Source: Octopus bimaculoides
Taxonomy: Eukaryota
Reading direction: 5' to 3'
Length of the DNA stretch: 64,000 nt
Assembly (NCBI RefSeq): GCF_001194135.2
Contig: NC_068981.1
Location: forward strand, 14,988,592 to 15,052,591
Part shown: positions 63,287 through 64,000 of the stretch, in pieces
How positions within the stretch are numbered: position 1 is the first letter of the stretch
Layout: each line of letters begins with the position of its first letter
The notes under the pieces: generated by a model
The model's input: only the letters and a program-made list of their open reading frames with translations
Databases searched by the model: none
Told to the model about the DNA's origin: nothing
Made by a program: the position numbers and the translations under genes

Positions 63287-64000
63287 ACACACTCACAAAC
63301 ACACACTCTCTCACACACATACACACATACAAGCACATACACAAACACACGCGCACGTATATATGATCACATCTGAGGGAATCAGTGATGCGTAACGCGA
63401 GTCAATAACGAAAACGAATTCACTGTCCAAAACCAATACTTATATGTGTGAAATTGTTTGTGTGTGAGTGTGTGCTGTACGTGTTAGTGTGCGTATGTGT
63501 GCTTGTATCTGTTTATCTGTGTTTTTGTGTAGGCGCCAACCAGAGTGCATATATAATTATTTGTACTATGCATAGTTTTTCATCATTCCCATTACAATTG
63601 AAACGTATCGTGGTTGACATTTAGGGCTAACTCATAGTTTATCGATTGAACATGTGATCGCAATGCCTTGTTTGGCATATGAATATGGCAAATAACTGGG
63701 GTTTATTTTTTAACAATGCCACAGACTAACTGGAAACAAAATGTCTAGAAGCAGTTTATAAACATAAAATCATAACCATTGGCTGCACTTAAACATTCAC
63801 AGTGATTTGCATTCAAAATCTTTTACTTGTTTTTGCAACAAAGTGCCTCCATTGTATAAAAAACATATTTTTAAAAAGATATAATCAAAATTCTTCTATG
63901 CTAGCTGTATCACACTATCATGATCAGTTTTTCTCGACACTATTTTTCTACAGGGAAACATTCCTATGATTGTGTGTATATTTCTCAAAGTATATCTAAA

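Noticed and set aside
1-64000. CRISPR arrays, rRNA genes, prokaryotic operons
   Set aside because: No regularly spaced repeat-spacer array or rRNA sequence. The DNA is eukaryotic and repeat-rich.

Overview
AT-rich animal genomic DNA from a draft assembly: 16 N-gaps totalling about 6.3 kb, most of them abutting (TA)n/(CA)n microsatellites. The SINE families and the microsatellite load point to an octopus (inference from recognised repeat sequence, not from a search). No complete host gene can be assembled. There are only a few isolated, splice-site-bounded exon candidates, mostly on the minus strand (best: 4551-4730). Most of the interpretable sequence is transposon debris: at least three tRNA-headed SINE families, CR1-like and RTE LINE fragments, mariner and hAT DNA elements, and many Penelope-like element (PLE) pieces. 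The PLE pieces include a near-continuous RT + GIY-YIG ORF at 7817-9050 and several inverted-repeat pseudo-LTR structures with minimal hammerhead ribozyme (HHR) motifs. The most interesting object is a ~430 bp element at 57465-57896. It combines a tRNA-derived Pol III head, a PLE-style inverted-arm layout and a type I hammerhead, which suggests a ribozyme-terminated SINE dependent on Penelope-like elements. Other highlights: a 182 bp templated insertion flanked by a 78 bp duplication (38063-38395), a 177 bp-arm foldback (22987-23427), a pre-miRNA-like hairpin (43695-43758) and a cluster of kappaB-like sites (25210-25386).
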